DNA from: Candidatus Daviesbacteria bacterium
Lineage (GTDB): Bacteria > Patescibacteriota > Microgenomatia > Daviesbacterales > UBA10151
DNA: 64,000 nucleotides
Assembly (NCBI GenBank): GCA_016432425.1
Contig: CP066688.1
Coordinates: forward strand, 726,647 to 790,646
Reading direction: 5' to 3'
Below, in pieces: positions 35,866 through 43,989 of the stretch (its first letter is position 1; each line of letters begins with the position of its first letter). A model generated the notes under the pieces. The model ran no database searches. It worked only from the letters and a program-made list of their open reading frames with translations, and had not been told where the DNA came from. The translations under genes were made by a program, and so were the position numbers.

Positions 35866-35936
35866 AGCGGGTGAGGAGAATCGGACTCCCGTATCCAGTT
35901 TGGAAAACTGGTGTTCTACCATTGAACTACACCCGC
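35866..35936 (-). tRNA. tRNA-Gly (anticodon TCC)-like gene with noncanonical T-loop
   Basis: Minus-strand acceptor GCGGGTG/CACCCGC; D-arm GTTC-AATGGTA-GAAC; anticodon stem CCAGT/ACTGG with loop TTTCCAA; T-arm GGGAG-TCCGATT-CTCCT (position 55 is C, not U). Confidence 0.5.
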
Positions 35937-35982
35937 ACATCAAAATGAATTAAGAATTATTTTACCAGTCTTTGGGCTAGAT

Positions 35983-36291
35983 TTAAAGCGCTTGGAGGTC
36001 GCGGTCGAGTTGAGTTATATCCGAATTATCACTGGTAGTATCAGCAGAATTTAGTTCATTATTTAAGCTATTCAAACTGGATGGAGTTGAACCGGTTGTG
36101 GCAGGAGTATTGGTGGGTACTCCAAGACTACCTTGATTTCTTATATACAGATAAACTCCCGTTGCCAGCACTACCACTACTAAAATTATCATAATAACCC
36201 ATGTAATTGAATTACCCTTTTTATGACTGTCTGGAGTATCAGTTGGTATTTGTATATTGGGCATCGGTTGACTGCTAGTGTTATTGTCCAT
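35983..36291 (-). CDS. hypothetical membrane-anchored Ser/Thr-rich protein
   Basis: TM segment WVIMIILVVVVLATGVYLYI followed by an S/T/N-rich tail. Confidence 0.35.
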   Translation of the reverse strand: MDNNTSSQPMPNIQIPTDTPDSHKKGNSITWVIMIILVVVVLATGVYLYIRNQGSLGVPTNTPATTGSTPSSLNSLNNELNSADTTSDNSDITQLDRDLQAL

Positions 36292-36913
36292 TATTTTCTC
36301 CCAAAGTGCTGGCCGCAGTTTGAATGGCCTTGGCTACTGCCTGTTTAGTCTCAGTTAAAGTAGTTTTGGTAGCCTGTAAATCCTGGCGTAGGCTGTCAAA
36401 AGCAGCTTTGGCATTGGTCTTAACTTTGCCTTCAGTAGTGACATTAACATTATAATCTTTGGCAGATTGGTTTTCTACGGCAATTTTGGCCTCCGCAATC
36501 TTGGCTTTGGCATCAGCAATAGCAGCTTGGGCAGCGGTCGTATCACCGCTGGCATTTCCTACCCTGGTTTCCACCTTAGCCAAAATATCTGACATGGTAT
36601 TGATAAACCTTAGGAAGGCATTGGTTCTGTTTTCGTTAATTTTATTTAAGTTTTCATTAAATTTTTCTACCCGCTGGGCTCTTTTTTGGTCCTTGAATTT
36701 GGCCAGCCTGGATTTTAGCGCTGCTGTCCGGGAGGCAATATTTTCTTTTCTCTGGTCTAATCTTTCCTGGAGGGTAGCTTTCCTAGTTTCAAATCTTTCT
36801 TTAAGAGTTTCTTTTTTGGGAGTGGAGCTGGAGGTAGAAGTTTGAGCTAAAACAGTAGGGACTATAGTAAGAAGTAAAACTGCAGCGGACAAGGCTAACT
36901 TTAAATTTACCAT
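36281..36913 (-). CDS. hypothetical secreted coiled-coil protein
   Basis: Signal peptide MVNLKLALSAAVLLLTIVPTVLA, then a K/E/A-rich helical region. Its antisense ORF 36459-36845 is a shadow. Confidence 0.4.
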   Translation of the reverse strand: MVNLKLALSAAVLLLTIVPTVLAQTSTSSSTPKKETLKERFETRKATLQERLDQRKENIASRTAALKSRLAKFKDQKRAQRVEKFNENLNKINENRTNAFLRFINTMSDILAKVETRVGNASGDTTAAQAAIADAKAKIAEAKIAVENQSAKDYNVNVTTEGKVKTNAKAAFDSLRQDLQATKTTLTETKQAVAKAIQTAASTLGENNGQ

Positions 36914-36981
36914 TATAAATAGATTAACAAGCTCTTTCTAGTTTGTCAAATTGACCTTAAAATTGGTACAATACTTAGGCT

Positions 36982-37055
36982 GCCCCCATAGCTCAGTGGA
37001 TTAGAGCAGATCGGTTCTAACGATAAGGTCGGAGGTTCGAATCCTCCTGGGGGCG
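36982..37055 (+). tRNA. tRNA-Arg (anticodon TCT)
   Basis: Acceptor GCCCCCA/TGGGGGC; D-arm GCTC-AGTGGATTA-GAGC; anticodon stem GATCG/CGATA with loop GTTCTAA; T-arm GGAGG-TTCGAAT-CCTCC. Confidence 0.8.
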
Positions 37056-37059
37056 CAAT

Positions 37060-37530
37060 TTAAACACTCCAACCGCGGTTGGGAGTATTTCTTAATTCTT
37101 CTGTTTCAGTGGGTCTACTATAATCATCTTCTAGCCTATAAGTATCACCTGTTTCCGGAGTAGAAACCTCTAAGATATTGGCATCAGTAACGGCAATTAA
37201 TCTGTGCCTTTGGCCAGGTATATTGGTATAACCAACCCCTCTTTGCATAATAATAGACTCAATAATTTCCTGGCTATTTTCTAGAAGCAACACAACTTCT
37301 CCATCCAAAAGATATTGGGTTTCTATTTTTTCATCATGAAATTGAAAACTAATTTTGTTTCCTCCTCTAACATGAAGCCGTTTGCCTACATAAGGTAATC
37401 CCGGAGGAGTCCAAATTATTTCATAGCCCCATGGTTTTTCCACTCTACTACAATGAGGGGCGGTCACAAATTTTGACCTATCAACCCCAGTTAAAAACCT
37501 AACCATCTGCTCAGTTAGTCCTTCTATCAT
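37060..37530 (-). CDS. cupin-domain protein
   Basis: EKPWGYEIIW...HVRGGNKISFQFHDEKIETQYLLDGEVVL matches the cupin G(X)5HXH...G...Q.H..K.E pattern. Confidence 0.55.
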   Translation of the reverse strand: MIEGLTEQMVRFLTGVDRSKFVTAPHCSRVEKPWGYEIIWTPPGLPYVGKRLHVRGGNKISFQFHDEKIETQYLLDGEVVLLLENSQEIIESIIMQRGVGYTNIPGQRHRLIAVTDANILEVSTPETGDTYRLEDDYSRPTETEELRNTPNRGWSV

Positions 37531-37573
37531 ACTCTATATTATATATCACCTATAAAAATGTTAAAATACGCTT

Positions 37574-38710
37574 GTGAAGATTCTTTTTGCTTTAGCCCTT
37601 AGCCTACTTGTTTTGTTAACCATTCCCCTACTACTTTCTCCGGTTTTAGCAATTACTGATCCTCTTTCAGTTACTAATAATAAATTTGGTATCCATATTA
37701 TCTCTCCTACTTCTGACGAAGCCTCCCAGGCTGCCAGTTTAGTTAATTCTTCCGGTGGTGATTGGGGTTATGTCACTTTGGTCATTGAAGACAAGGATAA
37801 AGATGTAAATAAATGGCAGAATTTTTTTAACACCTTGACAGATAAGCATCTTATTCCTATTGTCAGAATTGCCACCCATCCGGCAGATGGAGCCTGGGTT
37901 TCCCCTACTGCCACCGCAGCGCTGGCTTGGGCAGATTTTTTGAACCAGTTAACTTGGCCGATTAAAAACCGCTATGTGCTAATTTATAACGAACCTAACC
38001 ACGGAGCCGAGTGGGGTGGAAATGTAAATCCCGACCAATATGCCACCATTTTATCTTTGACCATTGATGCTTTAAAAAGCAGAAGTAGTGATTTTTTTGT
38101 GCTAAATGGCAGCCTAGATGCTTCCAGTCCCCAGCAATTGCCAGAACTTGCTGATGAAATTTGGTTCCTGCAAAAAATGAATGAGGCAGTGCCGGGTATT
38201 TTTAATAAACTAGACGGTTGGAGCTCCCACAGTTACCCTAATCCTAACTTTGCAGGGTTGCCCACGGATAGTGGCCGGGGCAGCATCAAAACTTACCAAT
38301 GGGAACTGGAAACTTTAAAAAGTTTAGGATTGGCTAAAAACTTACCAGTATTTATTACTGAAACTGGCTGGAAACATCAAGGCGATCAATCTTTTTTTGA
38401 GGAGTTGAGTAATTATTATCAGGCAGCTTTTACGCAGAGTTGGACAGACCCAAATATTGTGGCTATTACTCCCTTTCTTTTAAATTATTTAGAGCCTCCT
38501 TTTAATAGTTTTTCTTTTCTGGGGCCTCAGGGACAAATTTATCCTTTTTATACTGCAGTCCAAAGTTTACCCAAGTTAACTGGTCAACCACAATTAAATT
38601 TGCTACCAGAGGTAAAAGGCATTGATTTAGACCTTCAATCAGTGGATTTAAAAACTAAAGAGCCAGAGTTTAATCTTTGGACCTTTTTAACTATGGTGGG
38701 CCCTTTTTAA
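37574..38710 (+). CDS. secreted glycoside hydrolase, clan GH-A (GH5-like)
   Basis: Signal peptide. LIYNEPNHGAEWGG (NEP acid/base motif) and LPVFITETGWK (TE.G nucleophile motif). Confidence 0.55.
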   Translation: MKILFALALSLLVLLTIPLLLSPVLAITDPLSVTNNKFGIHIISPTSDEASQAASLVNSSGGDWGYVTLVIEDKDKDVNKWQNFFNTLTDKHLIPIVRIATHPADGAWVSPTATAALAWADFLNQLTWPIKNRYVLIYNEPNHGAEWGGNVNPDQYATILSLTIDALKSRSSDFFVLNGSLDASSPQQLPELADEIWFLQKMNEAVPGIFNKLDGWSSHSYPNPNFAGLPTDSGRGSIKTYQWELETLKSLGLAKNLPVFITETGWKHQGDQSFFEELSNYYQAAFTQSWTDPNIVAITPFLLNYLEPPFNSFSFLGPQGQIYPFYTAVQSLPKLTGQPQLNLLPEVKGIDLDLQSVDLKTKEPEFNLWTFLTMVGPF

Positions 38711-38787
38711 ATTGGGGGGTTGACAGGCAGGCAGAAGTAGTGTAGTATAAGCTTACTTGTTAACCGTAAGGTTTACAAGTTCTCTAA

Positions 38788-38812
38788 AAGAGCCCCGCAA
38801 GGGGCTTTTTTA
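38788..38812 (+). terminator. intrinsic terminator
   Basis: AGCCCCGCAAGGGGCT followed by TTTTTT, downstream of the GH5-like gene. Confidence 0.8.
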
Positions 38813-38851
38813 GTGGAGAATTAGCCCACAAACTGATAAAATACAACATAT

Positions 38852-38924
38852 GGTGATTGTAGCTCAAAAGTAGAGCGTCCGCCTGTGGAGCGGAAGGAAG
38901 CGGGAGCGTTACCCGTCAGTCACC
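38852..38924 (+). tRNA. tRNA-His (anticodon GTG) with G-1 and unusual T-loop
   Basis: G-1 plus acceptor GTGATTG/CAGTCAC; D-arm GCTC-AAAAGT-AGAGC; anticodon stem TCCGC/GCGGA with loop CTGTGGA; T-arm GCGGG-AGCGTTA-CCCGT (no T54/psi55); discriminator C pairs with G-1. Confidence 0.5.
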
Positions 38925-38949
38925 CATAACCGTAAGAAGATTCTCTGGT

Positions 38950-39025
38950 GCCCTTGTAGCTCAATTGGATAGAGCGCTTCGCTTCGGACGAAGAGGTTTT
39001 GGGGGTTCGAGTCCCTCCAAGGGCG
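38950..39025 (+). tRNA. tRNA-Arg (anticodon TCG)
   Basis: Acceptor GCCCTTG/CAAGGGC; D-arm GCTC-AATTGGAT-AGAGC; anticodon stem CTTCG/CGAAG with loop CTTCGGA; T-arm GGGGG-TTCGAGT-CCCTC; 7-nt variable loop. Confidence 0.65.
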
Positions 39026-39047
39026 CACTTAGAAAAGGAGGTGGAAA

Positions 39048-39281
39048 ATGCCTAAAAGAAAAATTTTTGATGAGGAAAAACATCAACAAGTAGAAACTCC
39101 AGAAGAAGAAGGTGAGCAATCTATTTCTGGTGATACACCCGCTCCTGAATCTGATGATGATACATTAGAAAATGTGCATAAGGTCGGATTATATGAGGAT
39201 CAGGATGAGGAGCATCCAGGGGAATTGGGAATAGCAGAAGAGATAGAGGAAGATGAGGAAGAACGTAAAAGAGAGGATTAA
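39048..39281 (+). CDS. hypothetical small highly acidic protein
   Basis: 77 aa, rich in D/E. Strong SD AAAGGAGGTGG 5 nt upstream. Sits between tRNA genes. Confidence 0.45.
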   Translation: MPKRKIFDEEKHQQVETPEEEGEQSISGDTPAPESDDDTLENVHKVGLYEDQDEEHPGELGIAEEIEEDEEERKRED

Positions 39282-39294
39282 AGTGAAGTTTTAT

Positions 39295-39369
39295 GGCCCC
39301 ATAGCTCAGTGGTAGAGCAGTTGCCTCTTAAGCAATTGGTCGGAGGTTCGAATCCTCCTGGGGTCACCA
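39295..39369 (+). tRNA. tRNA-Lys (anticodon CTT), CCA encoded
   Basis: Acceptor GGCCCCA/TGGGGTC; D-arm GCTC-AGTGGT-AGAGC; anticodon stem GTTGC/GCAAT with loop CTCTTAA; T-arm GGAGG-TTCGAAT-CCTCC; ends ACCA. Confidence 0.8.
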
Positions 39370-39416
39370 AATGGTTGCAAAACAGACTGCGGATTAGTTT
39401 GATATAACGAGCTAAA

Positions 39417-40031
39417 ATGAAGGCAAAAAAACCTAACAAACGCTTATGGCTTACGCTTTTAATGATTGTTGCAATTCCTGTGTTGTTAGTAACTACATAC
39501 ATTATTTACCTTAATGCAATCGAAGCTAATCCTCATCCAATAGTCCCAAGTCAATCTTCTATTGTAGAAACAAATGGTGGTTACAAAAGATATACAAATA
39601 ACCATTTTAAATACTCTTTTGAATATCCCATTGATTACAAATTGGTTGAAAATATGGAATCTTATAAAGATGGTTTTTATAGACAAACTGTACTTGGTAA
39701 AGATGAGAATTATGACACACCTAATACAAAATTCATTTCAGGATCAGTTATCTCTTTTTACTTTTACACAGATCGAACGATGACTCAAGAAATTGATAAA
39801 ATAAAAAAAGACAATGAGGGATCACAATTTAATGATGTACAATTTAAAGGAACAAATGTAGTTGAATTAAAATTTCAGAGGTATCCTCAATCCAGGACTT
39901 TATTTATCCCAAGACCAGATGGATTCCTGGTAATAAGATTTGGCCCTGGTGAACAAACAAGTTTGGATTCACTGGTCCAATACACAAAAGACTTTAATAA
40001 TATTTTAGATTCTTTTGACCTTCTAAATTAA
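39417..40031 (+). CDS. hypothetical membrane-anchored protein
   Basis: N-terminal signal-anchor LWLTLLMIVAIPVLLVTTYIIYL, then a globular domain. No motif. Confidence 0.4.
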   Translation: MKAKKPNKRLWLTLLMIVAIPVLLVTTYIIYLNAIEANPHPIVPSQSSIVETNGGYKRYTNNHFKYSFEYPIDYKLVENMESYKDGFYRQTVLGKDENYDTPNTKFISGSVISFYFYTDRTMTQEIDKIKKDNEGSQFNDVQFKGTNVVELKFQRYPQSRTLFIPRPDGFLVIRFGPGEQTSLDSLVQYTKDFNNILDSFDLLN

Positions 40032-40090
40032 TAGTTAGTATCTTAGTCGAGGATATAATTAATTTTACCTAATGACCTCTTGGCGAAAGT

Positions 40091-40161
40091 ATCCTTCGAC
40101 TCACTTCACTCGCTCAGGACTTAGCTTTACTGTTAGGGAGCCCTTCGACTTCGCTCAGGAT
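40091..40161 (+). repeat. two tandem copies of the dispersed ~30-nt repeat ATCCTTCGAYTC...CTCAGGAC
   Basis: ATCCTTCGACTCACTTCACTCGCTCAGGAC (40091-40120) and CCTTCGACTTCGCTCAGGAT (40142-40161). Related copies at 25027-25056 (reverse orientation), inside the 90-bp direct repeats, and a 20-nt exact match inside uvrA (48576-48595). Confidence 0.75.
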
Positions 40162-40414
40162 AAACGATTCTGATGATTCATTTTGGCCCGCTTCGCCAGC
40201 GAGGCGAGCTACAGGGATCGAAACCTTATTGCATAGCAAGAGCTTGTTCAGTCTCTCTTCTTAAGTGCTACAATTAATTCATGTCCGCCAAAAATAAAAT
40301 CAACATAGGTTCTCTTTGGAAATGGCATATAAAGCAGATCAAGCATTTGTACTTAATTTCTCAAATAGATTTAAATCAGACAGAAAATTGCCGAGACAGT
40401 TGAAAATTGTGAGT

Positions 40415-40448
40415 GTAAAAAAGCCCCGTATGGTAAACATACGGGGTA
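40415..40448 (-). terminator. intrinsic terminator for the minus-strand substrate-binding-protein gene
   Basis: Minus-strand reading: CCCCGTATG-tttac-CATACGGGG followed by CTTTTTT. Confidence 0.7.
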
Positions 40449-40577
40449 AGTGAGTATATTAAATCAAAAATAAGCTCATTTGTCAATGTCTTATAGTTAA
40501 AATTAGTTAAGAAAAGTTAACGTACTTAACTATGTATTTTTTAGCCCAAATAAATAGGCATATCAAGACATGAATTT

Positions 40578-41915
40578 TCAGTTAGACTTAGCAAATTGGG
40601 GCAGTTGCAGGGGTAAAACTTGGTTTAAATTAGTTTCTGCTTTTTTAAGATAAACTACGCTGTATTTGGGGAAATAAAGAAAAGTAGCAGGGGAATCCTC
40701 CAAGAGCACTTTTTGAAAATCAATATATGCATTTTTGCGTTCTCCTGCATTACTTAACTTCCTCCCATCCTCTAAATCCTTATCAGCCCTGGCTTGAGAA
40801 TATTTAGTGGGATTAGTTTTATCCTGGGTAGAATGCCAGAGAAAATATTGATCCGGGTCAGTGGGAATATTTTGTACAACTAACAAGGCTTGAAAATTTT
40901 GGGCAATCCCCGACTCCGCCCTCATTACCACATTCAACCCTAAACTTTTCCAAGCTGAAACTACTCTTTCCCCCACTATCTCCAGTTGAGGAGTGACTGT
41001 CAAAATAATTTGTTTATCCAAAGAGCTGATCCCGGAGTTTTTGGCTCTATTTAAGGCTTCTTTGGCCTGATCAGCATCATTTAAATAATCTTTTAAATCA
41101 GTTCCGTAGGCCCAGGAGAAAGGAGGGATGGGTGATTTGGCAACTGTTTCTCCGCTTATTTCCGGGGCAGAGAAACTCAAAGCCTGACGCAGCGATCGGT
41201 TTCCCAAAAACGGGTCTTTGGTGTTATACAAAATGGTCACTATTTTGGAATAATCAGTAGCTTGCTTGGTAGAAATAAACGGACCGGATAAATTTTGATT
41301 AGAGCTAACACCGAACAAACTTTGAACTTCCCCCAATGAAAAACCTGTCAGGGCAGTTTTTTCATTGGGATAAAAACGGATGATTAACTCCGGCAATTTA
41401 GCATCAAGCGGAGACAGTGTTACCTTGGTCAGAAAAATACGGCTTTTTTCTACTGCAGTTAAGCGATAAGGCCCGGTTCCTAAACGGGTGCCCTTTTTAA
41501 AAATGGGACTAACTAGCAGTGAAGGAAAAGGTGAATAGGGCTCTTTTAATTTAAACTCCACGGTTTTTTCATCAGGAAAACTCACCTCTACATTGGGAAT
41601 ATTAATGTCCAAATCCCCGGATTTTAAATTTAAGTTGTCAGCCCACCTAAGGTTATCTTTTAACTTAAATTTAAAGGTAGTAGCATCATTATTGACCTCC
41701 CACCCGGCAGCTAAATCTCCCACTGTCCGGCCTGTTTGGTCAGTTTTGGTCAGCCCTTGTGAGAGCAGTTTAGTTACCTCCAGGGGTAAATCTGCCTCTT
41801 GATAAGTGCCGACTAAACCTTCAGAGAGGATCTTTTTACCCCATAAAATATTAAATTGAATTTGGAAAATTGTTAGTAAAACCAAGGCTGTTACCACCCC
41901 TAAAAAAATCCACAT
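40578..41915 (-). CDS. ABC transporter substrate-binding protein, family 5 (peptide/nickel type), membrane-anchored
   Basis: SBP_bac_5-like N-terminal region (GTYQEADLPLEVTKLLSQGLTKTDQTGRTVGDLAAGWEV..) after a TM helix. Start set at the internal Met (MWIFLGVV) because the longer ORF overlaps secG. Confidence 0.6.
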   Translation of the reverse strand: MWIFLGVVTALVLLTIFQIQFNILWGKKILSEGLVGTYQEADLPLEVTKLLSQGLTKTDQTGRTVGDLAAGWEVNNDATTFKFKLKDNLRWADNLNLKSGDLDINIPNVEVSFPDEKTVEFKLKEPYSPFPSLLVSPIFKKGTRLGTGPYRLTAVEKSRIFLTKVTLSPLDAKLPELIIRFYPNEKTALTGFSLGEVQSLFGVSSNQNLSGPFISTKQATDYSKIVTILYNTKDPFLGNRSLRQALSFSAPEISGETVAKSPIPPFSWAYGTDLKDYLNDADQAKEALNRAKNSGISSLDKQIILTVTPQLEIVGERVVSAWKSLGLNVVMRAESGIAQNFQALLVVQNIPTDPDQYFLWHSTQDKTNPTKYSQARADKDLEDGRKLSNAGERKNAYIDFQKVLLEDSPATFLYFPKYSVVYLKKAETNLNQVLPLQLPQFAKSN

Positions 41916-41980
41916 CTTACGCTTGATCAAATTAATTACAATCAAGCTGAAAATTCTAAATTGAGAGTTAAATTCAAACA

Positions 41981-42196
41981 TTAGATGACTAGACCTAAAA
42001 CAGAGATAGCAATGAAAGCGACTGCTAAAAACCAAGTGAACCGATAGAGCAGTTTTTCTGCCCCCCGGCGGGTCCGATAAAAGGAAAGTTCTCCTCCAAA
42101 AGTACTACCTAACCCTGCCCCTTTTTGTTGGATAATAATAACTAAAATTAGTAGAATTGCCAAAATAATTTGAATTAAAAATAAAACCGGCTTCAT
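41981..42196 (-). CDS. secG: preprotein translocase subunit SecG
   Basis: 71 aa, two TM helices. QQKGAGLGSTFGGELSFYRTRRGAEKLL matches the SecG G-rich loop. Confidence 0.75.
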   Translation of the reverse strand: MKPVLFLIQIILAILLILVIIIQQKGAGLGSTFGGELSFYRTRRGAEKLLYRFTWFLAVAFIAISVLGLVI

Positions 42197-42222
42197 GGTT
42201 TTGTATTATAACATCTAATCAT

Positions 42223-42624
42223 CTAATCAACTAACCAGTGGAAAAAGTGAGTAAAAAGACCGATTAAGAAAGAAGCACTCACTGCCACCCATAGAGTAGA
42301 TAAATAAATTGCAGGGATGGTAAACCCATTTACCGAGGCCCCGGGAAAATCATAAGGTAGGAGTTTAAATTGGGGTAAAATAGTCATTAGAGCATAAAGG
42401 GCGACTACATTAGCAATCCAGGAAAACATGCCCAAGGTTAATAAATTTAAAGGCAAAAGCAAAACTTTCAAAACTGGCACCAGAATTAAATTAATCACGG
42501 TAAAAATTAACCCCCCCAACAACAGAGTTTGATAACCGCCTTCATAAGAGACTCCTTTGATAATTTGGGTAGTAAAATATAATGCCACTAAATTAATTAG
42601 GTAATAGCGTAAAATTCTCTTCAC
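42223..42624 (-). CDS. DUF360 / YvlD-like (phage-holin-4-2 superfamily) membrane protein
   Basis: Four TM segments. LINLVALYFTTQII...LLLGGLIFTVINLILVPVLKVLLLPLNLLTLGMFSWIANVVALYAL matches the DUF360 pattern. Confidence 0.6.
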   Translation of the reverse strand: MKRILRYYLINLVALYFTTQIIKGVSYEGGYQTLLLGGLIFTVINLILVPVLKVLLLPLNLLTLGMFSWIANVVALYALMTILPQFKLLPYDFPGASVNGFTIPAIYLSTLWVAVSASFLIGLFTHFFHWLVD

Positions 42625-42645
42625 CTTTTTAAATTAACAGAAAAA

Positions 42646-43962
42646 TTAATTCTCGTCAAAAGTAGCTTTACGGTGGAGGGAACGATAAAAAGTAATAGCA
42701 AAACGGTGGGATTCATCACGCAGCCGTTGCAGTAGCTTTAAAGCCGGGGAAGATTTAGGTAATTTGGTGACTGTCCCGTCTGGTTGGTAGAGCCACTCCA
42801 TTCTTTTAGCTAAACCATAAGTAGGTATCTGGAGGTGGGCGGCCAGTAACTGCTCATGAATAGCCCGGACTTGGGCTATTCCCCCATCAATAATTATCAA
42901 ATTAGGCAAGGGCCAATTATTTTTTAATCTTCTTCTCATCATTTCTGCGTGCATCCCCACGTCATTGGGTTTACTCGGTCCGCCAGCTGGCGGACTGATT
43001 TTAAATTTACGGTACTGACTTTTATCTATTTCCCCGTTAGTTAATACCACCATGGAGCCGGTGGCAAAACGGCCCTGGATATTGGAAACATCATAACCTT
43101 CAATCCGCTCGGGCAGTTGCTTTAAATTTAAAGCTTGCTGCAAATTCTCCAGGGCTTTTTGCCTTTGTTCTTCTAAAAAATTGGGATTTTCTAAATAAGA
43201 CTGGACACGATTGGCTTGGAGCAAATAGTTGATACCATCAATCATTTTTTTGGCTTTCTGTGCAGCTTCAAAATTCTCTGCTTTGGCAAAAGAGGTCATT
43301 TGCTTATTTAAGTCCCTGATTAAACTAAAATGTTTACCCTCCATGAATTTAATAAAGTTAGCAATGTTCTTTTTATAATTTTTAGGGGAAATTTCTCCAG
43401 TACAAACTCCCGGACAAAGACCTAAATGGTAATAAAAACAGGCTTTGCCTGTTTTTGAGATAACTTCGTTATCATAAAAACCCGATGAACGTTTGGTTAT
43501 TTTTGGAGGATTACTGCACCAGGGGAAAACCCGTCTTAGCGATTTTAAAGTAGCTTTAACAGTGGTACTAGAGGGAAAGGGGCCGAAATATTTTAAAGAG
43601 CCTGCCAAGTCTTTTTTTCTGGCAGTTAAAATTTTAGGATAATCTTCCTTGGTCACTCTGATATATAAATAATCTTTATCATCGACTAGCCTAATATTAA
43701 ACTTAGGCAAATATTTTTTAATTAAGTTTGCTTCTAAAATTAGGGCTTCCAATTCTGACTCTACCAAGATAGTTTCCACCCCGGCAATTTCCCCTACCAG
43801 AGTAGCGGTTTTAAGATCATGGGAGGAGTTAAAATAACTAGCCACCCGAGCTCTTAGATCAATTGCTTTCCCCACATAAATTACACCACCGCTTTTATCT
43901 TTAAATTGATAAACTCCGGGACGGCGTGGAATCTGGCTAGAGGTAATAAAAGCAGGAATCAC
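42646..43962 (-). CDS. uvrC: excinuclease ABC subunit C, short form lacking the C-terminal (HhH)2
   Basis: N-terminal GIY-YIG (PRRPGVYQFKDKSGGVIYVGKAIDLRARVASYF), a UVR-like region, and a C-terminal RNase-H-like endonuclease region (IEGYDVSNIQG...IIDGG). 438 aa versus about 600 for canonical UvrC. Confidence 0.8.
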   Translation of the reverse strand: MIPAFITSSQIPRRPGVYQFKDKSGGVIYVGKAIDLRARVASYFNSSHDLKTATLVGEIAGVETILVESELEALILEANLIKKYLPKFNIRLVDDKDYLYIRVTKEDYPKILTARKKDLAGSLKYFGPFPSSTTVKATLKSLRRVFPWCSNPPKITKRSSGFYDNEVISKTGKACFYYHLGLCPGVCTGEISPKNYKKNIANFIKFMEGKHFSLIRDLNKQMTSFAKAENFEAAQKAKKMIDGINYLLQANRVQSYLENPNFLEEQRQKALENLQQALNLKQLPERIEGYDVSNIQGRFATGSMVVLTNGEIDKSQYRKFKISPPAGGPSKPNDVGMHAEMMRRRLKNNWPLPNLIIIDGGIAQVRAIHEQLLAAHLQIPTYGLAKRMEWLYQPDGTVTKLPKSSPALKLLQRLRDESHRFAITFYRSLHRKATFDEN

Positions 43963-43989
43963 ACTGCATATTCTACAGAAATTTAAGTT

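Noticed and set aside
38852-38924. SRP (4.5S) RNA considered because of a GGAAGGAAGC motif
   Set aside because: The segment folds as a full tRNA-His cloverleaf with G-1, and the GGAA is not closed by the C-G pairs required for the SRP domain-IV tetraloop.
41916-42035. N-terminal 40-codon extension of the substrate-binding-protein ORF
   Set aside because: It overlaps the secG gene on the same strand in another frame. The internal Met followed by a TM helix is the more likely start.
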